Assembly (NCBI GenBank): GCA_965215015.1
Contig: OZ244042.1
Span: 3,168,001-3,232,000, forward strand
Direction of reading: 5' to 3'
DNA: 64,000 bases
Source of the DNA: Candidatus Poribacteria bacterium
Lineage (GTDB): Bacteria > Poribacteria > WGA-4E > PCPOR2b
The notes beneath the pieces were generated by a model. It did no database searches, was not told the DNA's origin, and was given only the letters and a program-made list of their open reading frames with translations. Of this stretch, positions 28,458 through 37,915 are shown piece after piece. Position numbers and translations under genes: made by a program. Numbering within the stretch: the stretch's first letter is position 1; each line of letters begins with the position of its first letter.

Positions 28458-28705
28458 GAGGGGTGCTCATAAAGGAGTAGGCACGATCCGTCGTGCCGTA
28501 AACCATACAATCGTTACGGCATATGGCCTCGCTAACATGCAACTTCCATTAAACTCCCAACCATAACTTGAAAAACAAAGCATCTCCAATCCCGTAGGTG
28601 GGGTAAGATGCCCCATCTACTACTACCTGAGGGCCCTATCTGTATCCGCGTTTTCTGTACTATCTGCTGAATCCGTGATTCAAACAATAATTATGAGCAC
28701 CCCTC
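28458..28705. mobile_element. MITE with perfect 15-bp TIRs GAGGGGTGCTCATAA
   Basis: TIRs at 28458-28472 and 28691-28705; related copies at 41896-42204 and 63401-63630. Confidence 0.8.
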
Positions 28706-28731
28706 AATTTATTTAGTGTACGGTTTCCGTT

Positions 28732-29088
28732 TTAAAAATAATTAACTGTCCAGAGTGTGCGCAAAACGATTAAGCCGATTCCCATCCCACCGAAGACAAG
28801 GATCAGCAGAATACTCACAAGCATTGCCAACCGGATGATTTGTTCTCCCAATGCGGGCTGCTCAACCGACCAAGCATGTGCTAGCCAGAAGGTCAAGGCA
28901 ACGCTGATAAGGATCAAAATTGATGCCCCTAAGACACCGAGCAGAAGCCCTGTGAAGTCAACCATCATCATACTTTCAATCAAGGAACCGCTCTGCGACC
29001 AACCTTTGATAACACCGATTAGAATCCCGATGAGACTGAGAATGAAAATTACAAAAGCGATTAGCGTTTTCTTGAATGCTGTTTTCAT
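28732..29088 (-). CDS. Small three-TM membrane protein
   Basis: Three hydrophobic segments; starts 5 nt after the upstream stop. Confidence 0.65.
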   Translation of the reverse strand: MKTAFKKTLIAFVIFILSLIGILIGVIKGWSQSGSLIESMMMVDFTGLLLGVLGASILILISVALTFWLAHAWSVEQPALGEQIIRLAMLVSILLILVFGGMGIGLIVLRTLWTVNYF

Positions 29089-29093
29089 GTCAC

Positions 29094-30509
29094 TCAGAAC
29101 GGTATGACCTTGCCGGGGTTCATAATATTTTGTGGATCTAGGGACTTTTTGATAGCGTACATCACGTCAACACCTAGTCCATGTTCCTGTTTAAGTGCCT
29201 CAATCTTGCCCAGTCCGATGCCGTGTTCACCGGTGCATGTGCCATCCATCTGGAGCGCGTATTCAACGAAAAGTTGGCTAAGCCGTTGCGCCTCCTTTAA
29301 TTCTTCAGGACGGTTGGGATCGAGGGGGAACACTACATGAAAATTGCCATCTCCTACGTGTCCGAGCAGGGGTGCAACTAGGTCGGAGGCTTGGATCTCC
29401 TGCTTAGTTTTCAGGATGCAATCCGCCAAGCGTGAGATAGGGACGCAAACGTCCGTGACGTACCCAACCGATCCGGGGCGAAGTGCCAGTGAGGCGTAAT
29501 AGCTATCATACCGTGCCTGCCAGAGCCGGTTGCGCTCTTCCTCCCCGGCTACCCATTGAAAGTCTTCGCCACCCTGTTCGCGGACAATTGCGCCCACAGT
29601 TTGCGCTTGCTCAGTCACCGCGGATTCCGAACCGTGAAATTCAAAAAGGAGCGTTGGAGCGACCTTGTAATCCAAGCTGGAGTATGCATTAACTGCATCC
29701 ATCTGAATTTCGTCTAGCAACTCCAGTCGAGCCACAGGAATGCCGGCTCCAATTACTTTAATGGCTGTATTTGCGGCTGCTGCGACCTCTGAAAACGTAC
29801 ATACTGCTGCTGAAACAGCCTCCGGCATCTTCGCCAACTTCAATATTACCTCTGTGATAACACCGAGCGTCCCTTCCGAACCCACAAATAATCGCGTCAA
29901 ATCATAGCCGGCGGCGGACTTACGAGCGCGCCCCCCGGCGCGGATAATGTTCCCATTGGCGGTTACTACGGTCAATCCCAGTACGTTCTCCCGCATGGTA
30001 CCGTAACGCACTGCGGCGTTGCCCGATGCGCGTGTCGCTGCCATACCGCCCAACGACGCGTCTGCCCCCGGATCGACAGGGAAGTAAAGCCCCGTCCCGG
30101 TTTCAGAAAGATGGATGTTGAGCTGGTTTCGTGTGACCCCCGCCTGCACTGTTGCGTCCATATCGTTCTGATTGACCTGAAGAATTTGGTCCATCTGGGT
30201 CAAATCGACGCAGATACCTCCGTGGATAGCGACAACTGCTCCTTCAACGCCGGTCCCTGTGCCGAAGGGGACAATCGGCATGGAATACCGGGCACAGATT
30301 TTCACGATCTGGGAAACTTCTGTGTTAGTGTGAGGGAATGCGACAGCATGTGGTAGATGGGGGAGGTGATGAGAAACATCCTTCGCATGATCCTCCCGAA
30401 TATCTTTCGCGGTAGTCAGACGGTTCCCCAGTAAACTGTACAATTCGTCAAACATTTCAGGACTCATAGCAGTATCCCGGTGATATTGTGCGGCTGCATA
30501 GCTACTCAT
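29094..30509 (-). CDS. FAD-linked oxidase, D-lactate dehydrogenase/GlcD family
   Basis: PVDPGADASLGGM, GSEGTLG, HVGDGNFH, GEHGIG, MNPGK; start moved to ATG 30509 (GAAAGGA RBS). Confidence 0.9.
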   Translation of the reverse strand: MSSYAAAQYHRDTAMSPEMFDELYSLLGNRLTTAKDIREDHAKDVSHHLPHLPHAVAFPHTNTEVSQIVKICARYSMPIVPFGTGTGVEGAVVAIHGGICVDLTQMDQILQVNQNDMDATVQAGVTRNQLNIHLSETGTGLYFPVDPGADASLGGMAATRASGNAAVRYGTMRENVLGLTVVTANGNIIRAGGRARKSAAGYDLTRLFVGSEGTLGVITEVILKLAKMPEAVSAAVCTFSEVAAAANTAIKVIGAGIPVARLELLDEIQMDAVNAYSSLDYKVAPTLLFEFHGSESAVTEQAQTVGAIVREQGGEDFQWVAGEEERNRLWQARYDSYYASLALRPGSVGYVTDVCVPISRLADCILKTKQEIQASDLVAPLLGHVGDGNFHVVFPLDPNRPEELKEAQRLSQLFVEYALQMDGTCTGEHGIGLGKIEALKQEHGLGVDVMYAIKKSLDPQNIMNPGKVIPF

Positions 30510-30618
30510 TCTATCCTTTCCCCATACATCGTGGTCAATCTCTTCTTGGTTTCCTCCGTGAACTAAGGATTGGGACATGCCCATCGGGAAGTGGTTTCAG
30601 GGGCCGGAGGTCAATTAT

Positions 30619-31542
30619 TTACGTTGGGCGTGTACGCGATGCCCCAAAGAGTTCCTCTAGCTTCTCCTGCACTTCGGTAAGCAGCCTTGGACTCGGTGGG
30701 GGGGTTGGCGGTCCGAGCAGATTGTTGGGATAAAGCCCTTGAAGTTGTACTGTTGATTTCATTACCCCTAACCAGTTTTTGTCAATTGCCCATTTGAGCC
30801 AAGGTTCTTCATAACGATAAACCATTGCCCATGCCTGAGCGTAGTTTCCGTCAACCAATAATTGATAAAACCGCAAGGCAATATCAGGACGGAAAGGCGC
30901 GATGGGACACAGATAGGCAGGCGATCCAATCTGATGTCCGAACACGAAGTTACGCATTTGCCCACCGCTGACTACGCCAAAGCCCTCATTCCGTGTGGCG
31001 CGAATCAGGTCGTAGTAGTCATAAAACGGGTGCGCGTCGTTCTTCATGCCAATGATGTTGGGTCGTTGCGCTAATTCTGCCACGACCTCCACGGGGAATG
31101 GCGGCGGTGCAACACCCCAGAGCAACAGTGGTATATTGGAGGCATCTTCGATCAGATCGAAGTATCGGACCAACGTCTCTCGTGTCTTGGGCAGCCAAGG
31201 ATTGATTTGCACCTTGACAGCATCAACGCGAAGAGCATCAGCGTGTTTCAGAAAATTGCGGGTTTGCGATGGCTTCCAGTAACTGGTAGACGCAATGCAA
31301 AGTGAGCGTCCGGCGTTGGCTGAAGCAACCGTCTCTGTCAATTCCCAGAGTTCTTCATCGCTGATGCTCGCAAATTCGCTGCTTCCGTAAGTGAGCAAAA
31401 GCACGGGGACATTCTCTTCGCACAGCCAGTTGACATAAGCTCCGACAGCATCGTAATTGATTGTGCCGTCTACGTTGAAACAGACATTGATAGGAACGAC
31501 CGGTCCTTTCATACGCTCTAACGCTTGTGCAGCTCTATCCAT
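30619..31542 (-). CDS. Dihydrodipicolinate synthase / class I aldolase family protein
   Basis: GSSEF, Schiff-base Lys in NIIGMKND; start at ATG 31542 after GGAGG. Confidence 0.8.
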   Translation of the reverse strand: MDRAAQALERMKGPVVPINVCFNVDGTINYDAVGAYVNWLCEENVPVLLLTYGSSEFASISDEELWELTETVASANAGRSLCIASTSYWKPSQTRNFLKHADALRVDAVKVQINPWLPKTRETLVRYFDLIEDASNIPLLLWGVAPPPFPVEVVAELAQRPNIIGMKNDAHPFYDYYDLIRATRNEGFGVVSGGQMRNFVFGHQIGSPAYLCPIAPFRPDIALRFYQLLVDGNYAQAWAMVYRYEEPWLKWAIDKNWLGVMKSTVQLQGLYPNNLLGPPTPPPSPRLLTEVQEKLEELFGASRTRPT

Positions 31543-31580
31543 GATTAAGCCTCCAACAGAGATATACCTATAAGATGTTT

Positions 31581-32216
31581 CTACCATCTCGCCTGTTTAA
31601 GAAACTCCAACGCCATCAGTGTATGTCCTTCCTGATTTGGGTGGACACCATCCTCCGTTGTCCACAACGCTCCCGGTCGTGCAGCGACCGCCCTGTCAAA
31701 CGTTTCGTTTGTGCGTATTAATCGGGCGTTAAACTCGTCGGCGAGGCGATGGATAATCTCATTATAGGCATCAACACTTAGCGGGCGCGGTTGAACAACA
31801 TCTTCTTCAATATAAAAAATTTCAAATATGAAAAGCTCTGCACCCAATTCATCTTTCGCACGGGTGAGGATGCGCCGATAGGACGTCTCCCACTCTGGCA
31901 GATATGTTTCGTTTGGAATACCGGCCCCAAGTTGCCGTGACGCGTTATTGATGCCAATCTTCACTGACAACCAATCCGGTTTTTCGGCGATAACGTCTAT
32001 ATCCCACCGCTCTTCGAGTCCTTCGACGATATCGCCACCGATGCCTTTATTGACATATTCGATTCGACGTTCCGGGCACTTTGCAGTGATTAGCTCCGTT
32101 ATCTTTTTAACATAGCCGTTCCCAAGCGGCGCGTGGTCGCCGCGGCGCCCGCAATCGGTGATACTATCGCCGATGAAAAGTACCTTTTCGCCCGATTGAA
32201 ACAGTAAGTTGCTCAT
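31581..32216 (-). CDS. SGNH/GDSL-family esterase
   Basis: IGDSITD, KGIGG, IGINN, DGVHP. Confidence 0.92.
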   Translation of the reverse strand: MSNLLFQSGEKVLFIGDSITDCGRRGDHAPLGNGYVKKITELITAKCPERRIEYVNKGIGGDIVEGLEERWDIDVIAEKPDWLSVKIGINNASRQLGAGIPNETYLPEWETSYRRILTRAKDELGAELFIFEIFYIEEDVVQPRPLSVDAYNEIIHRLADEFNARLIRTNETFDRAVAARPGALWTTEDGVHPNQEGHTLMALEFLKQARW

Positions 32217-32489
32217 AGATTTCCTCTCAATTTGATTTCACTCGCCTCTAGTCGAAACTGTGGTTTAGCAGGGGAATTGCTGCGGTAGGGACAGGTCTTG
32301 TGCCCGATTCAATCGGGAGCAACCGCAAGGGTTGCCCCTACTATACAATTTTAGGGGATAGAGCACGGTCTGTCAAGATCAAACTTCAAGCCAATAAAAA
32401 AATGTCAATATCTGTCACGTTTTTGCCTTGTTGTCCGTTTGGTTTAGTATTATGTCATTGGGAGGAATTGTAGTTACCATCTTCACGTT

Positions 32490-33630
32490 TAGGGTCATTT
32501 AGTTTTCGGTATTTTTTATATTTAGTGCAAGTGCGACGTGCCTTTTCACGCCGCACCTGTTATACTTCCCCTTAAAAACCTACCATAATTTTTGAGGTGA
32601 AATATGACCCAAACCCAGTGTGATCACTCGATGGACATTTTAGCAGAAGTGCCGAATCCACGCAACGCCCAAGGGAAACGGCCCTCCTGCGTGCGATTCT
32701 CGCACTTTCAGTGATTGAGATATTAAGGCACTGGGCTTTACGCACGCCAAAACGCCTGGTGCTGCGACGTTACATAACTGCTTTAAACAATTGGACATTG
32801 CCAAGTTGGAAAACGTGCTGCCCCAATGAGGAGTCGAGGCACTTCAAAGCTACCTGGTAGCCTCCTCTCCAATGGTGGTGGCCATTGATGGCAAGAAACT
32901 TAACGTCAGTAGGCAAGCAAAAGGCATCTGCTCTCGGTATGACGCTTGCCCAAAAGACCGTGGATACATAGACTAATGAAATCCCCATCTCCACCGAGAT
33001 ACTTTCTGCCTTTGACATCAAAGGCATGATTTTACTTAGACAGCGTCCATTTTGCGCGCCCGTGTGTACTTTGGACGGAGATTATGTGGTGCCTGTGGGA
33101 TTGAATCACAACTAATTCCATCAAGATATTCACTGTTTGTTTTCCCCGGCACCAGAGATAAGCCCCCCTCAACAGCCTTTCAATGCACTTCAACAGATGC
33201 ACCAAGAGTTAGACCAAACGCTGGATACCTGAAAAAGGACACGGCAGCATTGAAGTACGACGCTTGACTGCCAGCCAGCATGGCATTGAACGATTATATT
33301 GAGTGGCCGGGGGGTGAACTAGTAGTTGAGTAGAGTTACGAACGAGTTTAAGTCCGAACGAAGTTTCAGCAGCGGACTTGCTTTCCTTGCAACGGGAACA
33401 TTGGACCATTGAGAATCAGTCCCACTGGGTGCGGGAGGTGGTTTTGGGGGAAGATGCGTCCCAAGTGCGGTGTCATTCCGCAGGTGATGGCTGCTTTGCG
33501 GAATACGACACTGGCAGTATTCCGCTTTGCTGGCTATCACAGTATATCCCAAGCCATGCGGTATGCCGCCGCACACCCACTACACACTTTTAGCATGATC
33601 AACCGAAAATGCGAAAACTAAATGACCCTA
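32490..33630 (+). mobile_element. ISAs1-family element with pseudogenised transposase
   Basis: Perfect 19-bp TIRs tagggtcatttagttttcg / cgaaaactaaatgacccta; fragments LAEVPNPRNAQGKR (from ATG 32604), AIDGK, HWTIENQSHWVREVVLGEDASQVR. Confidence 0.9.
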
Positions 33631-33650
33631 CCTAGGGGGTCTGATTTCAT

Positions 33651-34979
33651 TTACCCCCATTTTTTTTTGGTTATAGATTTGAGATATTTTTATGATTTAG
33701 GATAGTGAGAATACCTGTCATTAAGGGTGTTTGCATGTATCTCCCCTGCACAGTGGGAGTGTGAACCATGGATTGAGACACCACCCGCTCCACGCCTCAG
33801 CCACCACTCGCTTTATCACGGTAATGAGTGAGTATATTTTAGTCCGTGTGTTGAATGTTTTTGCCCATCGATCGCCTGACTTTTGATAGGTGATAAACAG
33901 TAAGCCATAACTGATACAAGCTAAGAGCCATAACAGGTTGATGCGGGCTTTTGACGGTTTTTTGAGTCTCAAGCTGCCAAAGCCAAAACCGGTCTTGATG
34001 TCCCGAAAGCCGTGTTCAATCTGCATTCTTCGCTTATAATAGTGGTATATTTGACGCCCCGTCAGATGACTTGAAATCAGATACATCGGTTCAGCCAACC
34101 GCGCCTCTCTGACGACATACAGGTTGAGTCGAATCGGCTCGGTTAAGTGATAGAGAATCTGTGGATAGAACCCCGTTTCCTGCAACTGTTCTGCCTTTTT
34201 AACAGTGCCCCAGACGGTCATGCGCGCGTTACGACACACGCGGATGATAAACGGAATCCGTTGTGTCTTGAGAAACTTTATCACATATTTAGCACGCGCG
34301 AAGCCTCTATCGAATATCAACGTGGCTTCACACGGGGGCGGTAAAATCGCTTCTGTCTTTTGATACAGTGTGAGACAAAAGCGTTGGATAATCTCATTAT
34401 GGCTGGTATAGGTCAACTGTTGAATCTCAGCATCGGTGTAGAGGTGCCAGTAGATAGGAACCGCCCGGCGGCGGAACGGCACCGCGGCAACAATCGCTTT
34501 GAAATGGCCAAACACCTGGGTTTCATCCACTAAAATCAACCGGCGTCCGGCGTGACGTTCACAGACCCGGCGGAGCACAAAGCCCAACCAGCACCCCATC
34601 ACCGCGTCAATAGGAAAGCGACGAGCTAAGAATCGAAGCAGGCGTTTCTGTTTCGTCTTTTGATGTTTGACGGCTACTGGCAAGCGTAAAGCAATTTCGT
34701 TTATCCGAAACTTCTGGGCCAACACAATGGCTAGGATCGTGAGTATCAGGTTTTTTAACGCCGGTTTTTTCAATACGGGGTTGAAAATCTCGGTCAGAGT
34801 GGTTATCATAGAACTGGGATTCACCCGCTTATGGCGGTGGGTGCCTTTCATAATACCTCCTTGTTTAAAACAATGGTTATTTTATACAGGGAGGTATTTT
34901 ACCATATTTGATAACCCTTTCTCACATCTAGACCTCGCAAAAACAACCAACATTACAACTCTAAAAAAAATGGGGGTAA
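33651..34979 (-). mobile_element. IS4-family insertion sequence
   Basis: 17-bp TIRs ttacccccatttttttt / aaaaaaaatgggggtaa enclosing a full transposase. Confidence 0.85.
33721..34851 (-). CDS. IS4-family DDE transposase, apparently intact
   Basis: ILVDET, LIFDRGF, YKRRMQIEHGFRDIK (YREK signature); GGAGG RBS. Confidence 0.9.
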   Translation of the reverse strand: MKGTHRHKRVNPSSMITTLTEIFNPVLKKPALKNLILTILAIVLAQKFRINEIALRLPVAVKHQKTKQKRLLRFLARRFPIDAVMGCWLGFVLRRVCERHAGRRLILVDETQVFGHFKAIVAAVPFRRRAVPIYWHLYTDAEIQQLTYTSHNEIIQRFCLTLYQKTEAILPPPCEATLIFDRGFARAKYVIKFLKTQRIPFIIRVCRNARMTVWGTVKKAEQLQETGFYPQILYHLTEPIRLNLYVVREARLAEPMYLISSHLTGRQIYHYYKRRMQIEHGFRDIKTGFGFGSLRLKKPSKARINLLWLLACISYGLLFITYQKSGDRWAKTFNTRTKIYSLITVIKRVVAEAWSGWCLNPWFTLPLCRGDTCKHP

Positions 34980-34998
34980 GTGAGAGCACCTTTAGTTC

Positions 34999-35027
34999 TT
35001 GCATTTCCATTAAGAGCTAAGTATAAT
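34999..35027 (+). promoter_or_regulatory. sigma70-type promoter for csp (long 5' UTR)
   Basis: TTGCAT-N17-TATAAT about 160 nt upstream of the csp ATG. Confidence 0.6.
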
Positions 35028-35191
35028 ATAGATGCAACTGTACAATGGATTCAAGAAAGCTTTACAAGTTGTGTGAAGGGCAAAACTGAAGCGTTTTCCC
35101 AGATTTGCTGTCATTTTGTACCTCTATGCTTCTTTCGGCTTCATGAGACGTTTGCAGTTAGATATTCCGAAGTGAAAGGAGGTGCGAAACA

Positions 35192-35392
35192 ATGGCAACA
35201 GGTCGTGTCAAATGGTTTAGCGACCAGAAGGGTTACGGATTCATTACCACGGATTCAGGGGAAGATGTGTTTATACATTATTCCGCTATTGAAGGGGTTG
35301 GCTTCAAATCTCTCGATGAGGGACAAGAGGTTGAATTTGAAATTGTACAAGGTCCCAAAGGTTATCAGGCAGAAAATGTTGTGAAACTTTAA
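35192..35392 (+). CDS. Cold-shock protein
   Basis: [12 protein letters not shown] (RNP1), DVFIHYS (RNP2). Confidence 0.97.
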   Translation: MATGRVKWFSDQKGYGFITTDSGEDVFIHYSAIEGVGFKSLDEGQEVEFEIVQGPKGYQAENVVKL

Positions 35393-35432
35393 GGTTGGCA
35401 AATTGAAACTGGTTGAGTCTCCGGTTATATAA

Positions 35433-35699
35433 ACGCAAGTTGCTAGACAGCCTGTCGGTTGAGCTTTTCATATCCCATACCTATCAGAAATCACCGAACA
35501 ACATGATGCAAGAGAATACCAGACACTGTTGCGCCCCCCGGTTGGCTCAATCCACCCGGGACATTACGCGAGAATCCGGGGGGTGTCGAGATATGAATCT
35601 GGACCGACAGGCTGAGCCTGTTCACATTTGACAGATTGGGCTTATAGCGTTTACCGGATTGACGGCAGCAAAATGTCAACACGCCCTAGCAACTTTGGT
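35433..35699. mobile_element. Non-autonomous shell with ACNNAAGTTGCTAG ends containing a nested CTAG-ended MITE
   Basis: acgcaagttgctag (35433-35446) / ctagcaactttggt (35686-35699); flanks tatataa / tatttaa; inner aaatgtcaacacgccctag. Confidence 0.6.
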
Positions 35700-35709
35700 T
35701 ATTTAAACT

Positions 35710-35743
35710 AAAAAAGGCTCCCAAACTTGTGGGAGCCTTTTTT
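35710..35743. terminator. Bidirectional intrinsic terminator between convergent csp and nadA
   Basis: A6-ggctccca-loop-tgggagcc-T6. Confidence 0.85.
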
Positions 35744-35814
35744 ATTGCTCTGATTTCAGCGTTTGAATGGTTGGAACCTGCGGGGAAGGTGGGCATGAAC
35801 CTGTGTTTTATGTT

Positions 35815-36924
35815 TTACGCACTCAACTCAAGCATCCGCTCAATTGGCGTTCTAGCCCGTTCGATGACCTCCGGCGTGAGTATGACTTCGTGAGGACTCA
35901 AATCATCGCCCTTATCCAGGGCTTGCAGGACATTAAGTACCTTACCAAGCGTGACTTTCGCCATGTGCGAACACCTTACAGAACAAGCGGTCGAGAATTG
36001 TACGGTCGGGAACTCCTGCGCTAAATTGGAGGTCAGTTCACACTCCGAAGCAACAAAAGCACGTTCCAATCGATTTTCCTCTACCCTCTTTGCGATGTCC
36101 TTCCCAATCTGACTGGTACTGCCGTAAAAATCGGCTTCCTGAAGCACCTCAGGCCTACACTCCCAGTGTGCATAAAGTATTCTCGTGGGGTGCCGTTTAG
36201 GGATGTCAAACGACTCCCTTATCGCCAAAAGGTCTGAAAGCAGGAATTTTTCATGCACCTCACACACCGCGCCTCTCTCCTGATTTCCTTTGCCAGGATA
36301 GATAACCCTCTTTGTCCCTCTAAGCTCTTCCGCTAAATTCTCCGCGAAGAAAATATCGGGAACAAAAAGGATTTCATTACCCGGCATTTCTCGGGCTATT
36401 TGGGCGGCATTTGCGGACGTGCAACAGATGTCTGATTCCGCTTTCGCATCGGCGTAGCTATTGATGTAAATCATGACAGGTACCCCCGGATATAGTGCCT
36501 TCAACTTCCTTACCTCTTCAGCTCCAAAATTATCTGCCAAAGAGCAGCCTGCTGTTTTATCCGCGGCGAGGACCGTTTTTGAAGGGTTGAGAATTTTCGC
36601 GGTTTCTGCCATGAATGGCACGCCGTTAAAGAGGATGTACGGCGCGTCGGTTTTTGCGGCGTGCATGCTCAACCCGAGCGAATCGCCCTGTTCACTTTTG
36701 GTTGATAGGCCAAATACAAGGGGCTCCATGTAGTTGTGACCGAGCATTACCACATTGTGTTTTTTCTTCAGTTTCAATATTTGGTACACTGTTTCTGCGT
36801 GAGCTTCTATGTCAATCGGCGTTAAACTGGGATGGTTCCTCTTATAGAGTTCCCGCTTTACACCTTCAACACTCAGTGCTGCTTTATCTATATTGTCTTG
36901 GGATATTGTTGGTTGGGAATTCAT
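35815..36924 (-). CDS. nadA: Quinolinate synthase
   Basis: LGHNY, GDSLGL, FMAETAKILNP, AGCSLA, YINS, CEVH, HWEC, CSHM (three Fe-S Cys). Confidence 0.95.
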   Translation of the reverse strand: MNSQPTISQDNIDKAALSVEGVKRELYKRNHPSLTPIDIEAHAETVYQILKLKKKHNVVMLGHNYMEPLVFGLSTKSEQGDSLGLSMHAAKTDAPYILFNGVPFMAETAKILNPSKTVLAADKTAGCSLADNFGAEEVRKLKALYPGVPVMIYINSYADAKAESDICCTSANAAQIAREMPGNEILFVPDIFFAENLAEELRGTKRVIYPGKGNQERGAVCEVHEKFLLSDLLAIRESFDIPKRHPTRILYAHWECRPEVLQEADFYGSTSQIGKDIAKRVEENRLERAFVASECELTSNLAQEFPTVQFSTACSVRCSHMAKVTLGKVLNVLQALDKGDDLSPHEVILTPEVIERARTPIERMLELSA

Positions 36925-37226
36925 GTCCTCTCACCCCTGAATCTATCGGAGCATCTTTCGCCTCGAATTTCTGATTTGCGTTCCTAGTTCATAAGACATA
37001 CGGTCAAAAATAGGAGAAATCTTTGTTGTTTGTTAGGCTACCCTAGAGTTTACACCGATTAGAAATCTTTGTCAAGTATGATTACGATGAATCGTTAAAA
37101 TTTATTGCCGAAGAAGATGAATATGGCTAAAAAGCTATGGTAAGGTGTCTACAAAGATAGAGGCGAACCAACGGTGCGCTGTCTTGGATATGGCGACCTT
37201 ACAGATGGTGCCATCAAAGTGTTTGG

Positions 37227-37610
37227 TATCCTCAGGATTCAAAGCCATCTGAATCAGGATTTTCAGAATTTAAGGATTCACAGGATTATATGACTCACAA
37301 TTCACATCTAAACGACGAGATAGGTCTGAGGCAGGTGCCTCCTTATTGTCTGAATTATGGATTAAACGGAGGACACGGATTCTTACCCTGAAAATACCCT
37401 ATATGTTGCGCTACGCGCCGGGCTCATTGAGCCTAAAACTCTAGTGCAATGGTGTTAGTATCCTCAGGATTCAAAGCCATCTGAATCAGGATTTTCAGAA
37501 TTTAAGGATTCACAGGATTATATGACTCACATTCACATCTAAACGACGAGATAGGTCTGAGGCAGGTGCCTCCTTATTGTCTGAATTATGGATTAAACGG
37601 AGGACACGGA
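37227..37610. repeat. About 152-bp direct repeat (37227-37379 and 37459-37610)
   Basis: Two copies identical by eye except a 1-nt indel (cacaattc vs cacattc). Confidence 0.9.
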
Positions 37611-37915
37611 AAACACGGATTCGGAACCCTCCGGGCCATCCAAGAATCGGTATGAATCTGCGATACAAAGACCTTCCAACCTCTGAGAAATGTGCCTTTA
37701 TTTTAGCTTTCCAATCTTCCATCCTTTTTAATGCGTGTTTATCTGCGGATTTCCTCGAAAATATGCTCACCGCAATCAACGGTATCTATCAAGCGCGATC
37801 TAAAGAGACGGTATATTGTTCCAGGTTGCAGACATTCTAAAATTTGCTGCAATCAAATTGTTGCGCTGTTAAGCCCGGTCTACCACACAGGACGGATCTT
37901 TACACTTTTCGCATT

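Noticed and set aside
35433-35701. Integron attC sites (TAAC...GTTA ends)
   Set aside because: No integrase, no cassette-like spacing, and interiors are not continuous hairpins; better explained as TIRs
37227-37610. CRISPR array or DGR template/variable repeat
   Set aside because: Only two long copies, no spacers, no adenine-specific mismatches, and no cas or reverse transcriptase gene in the window
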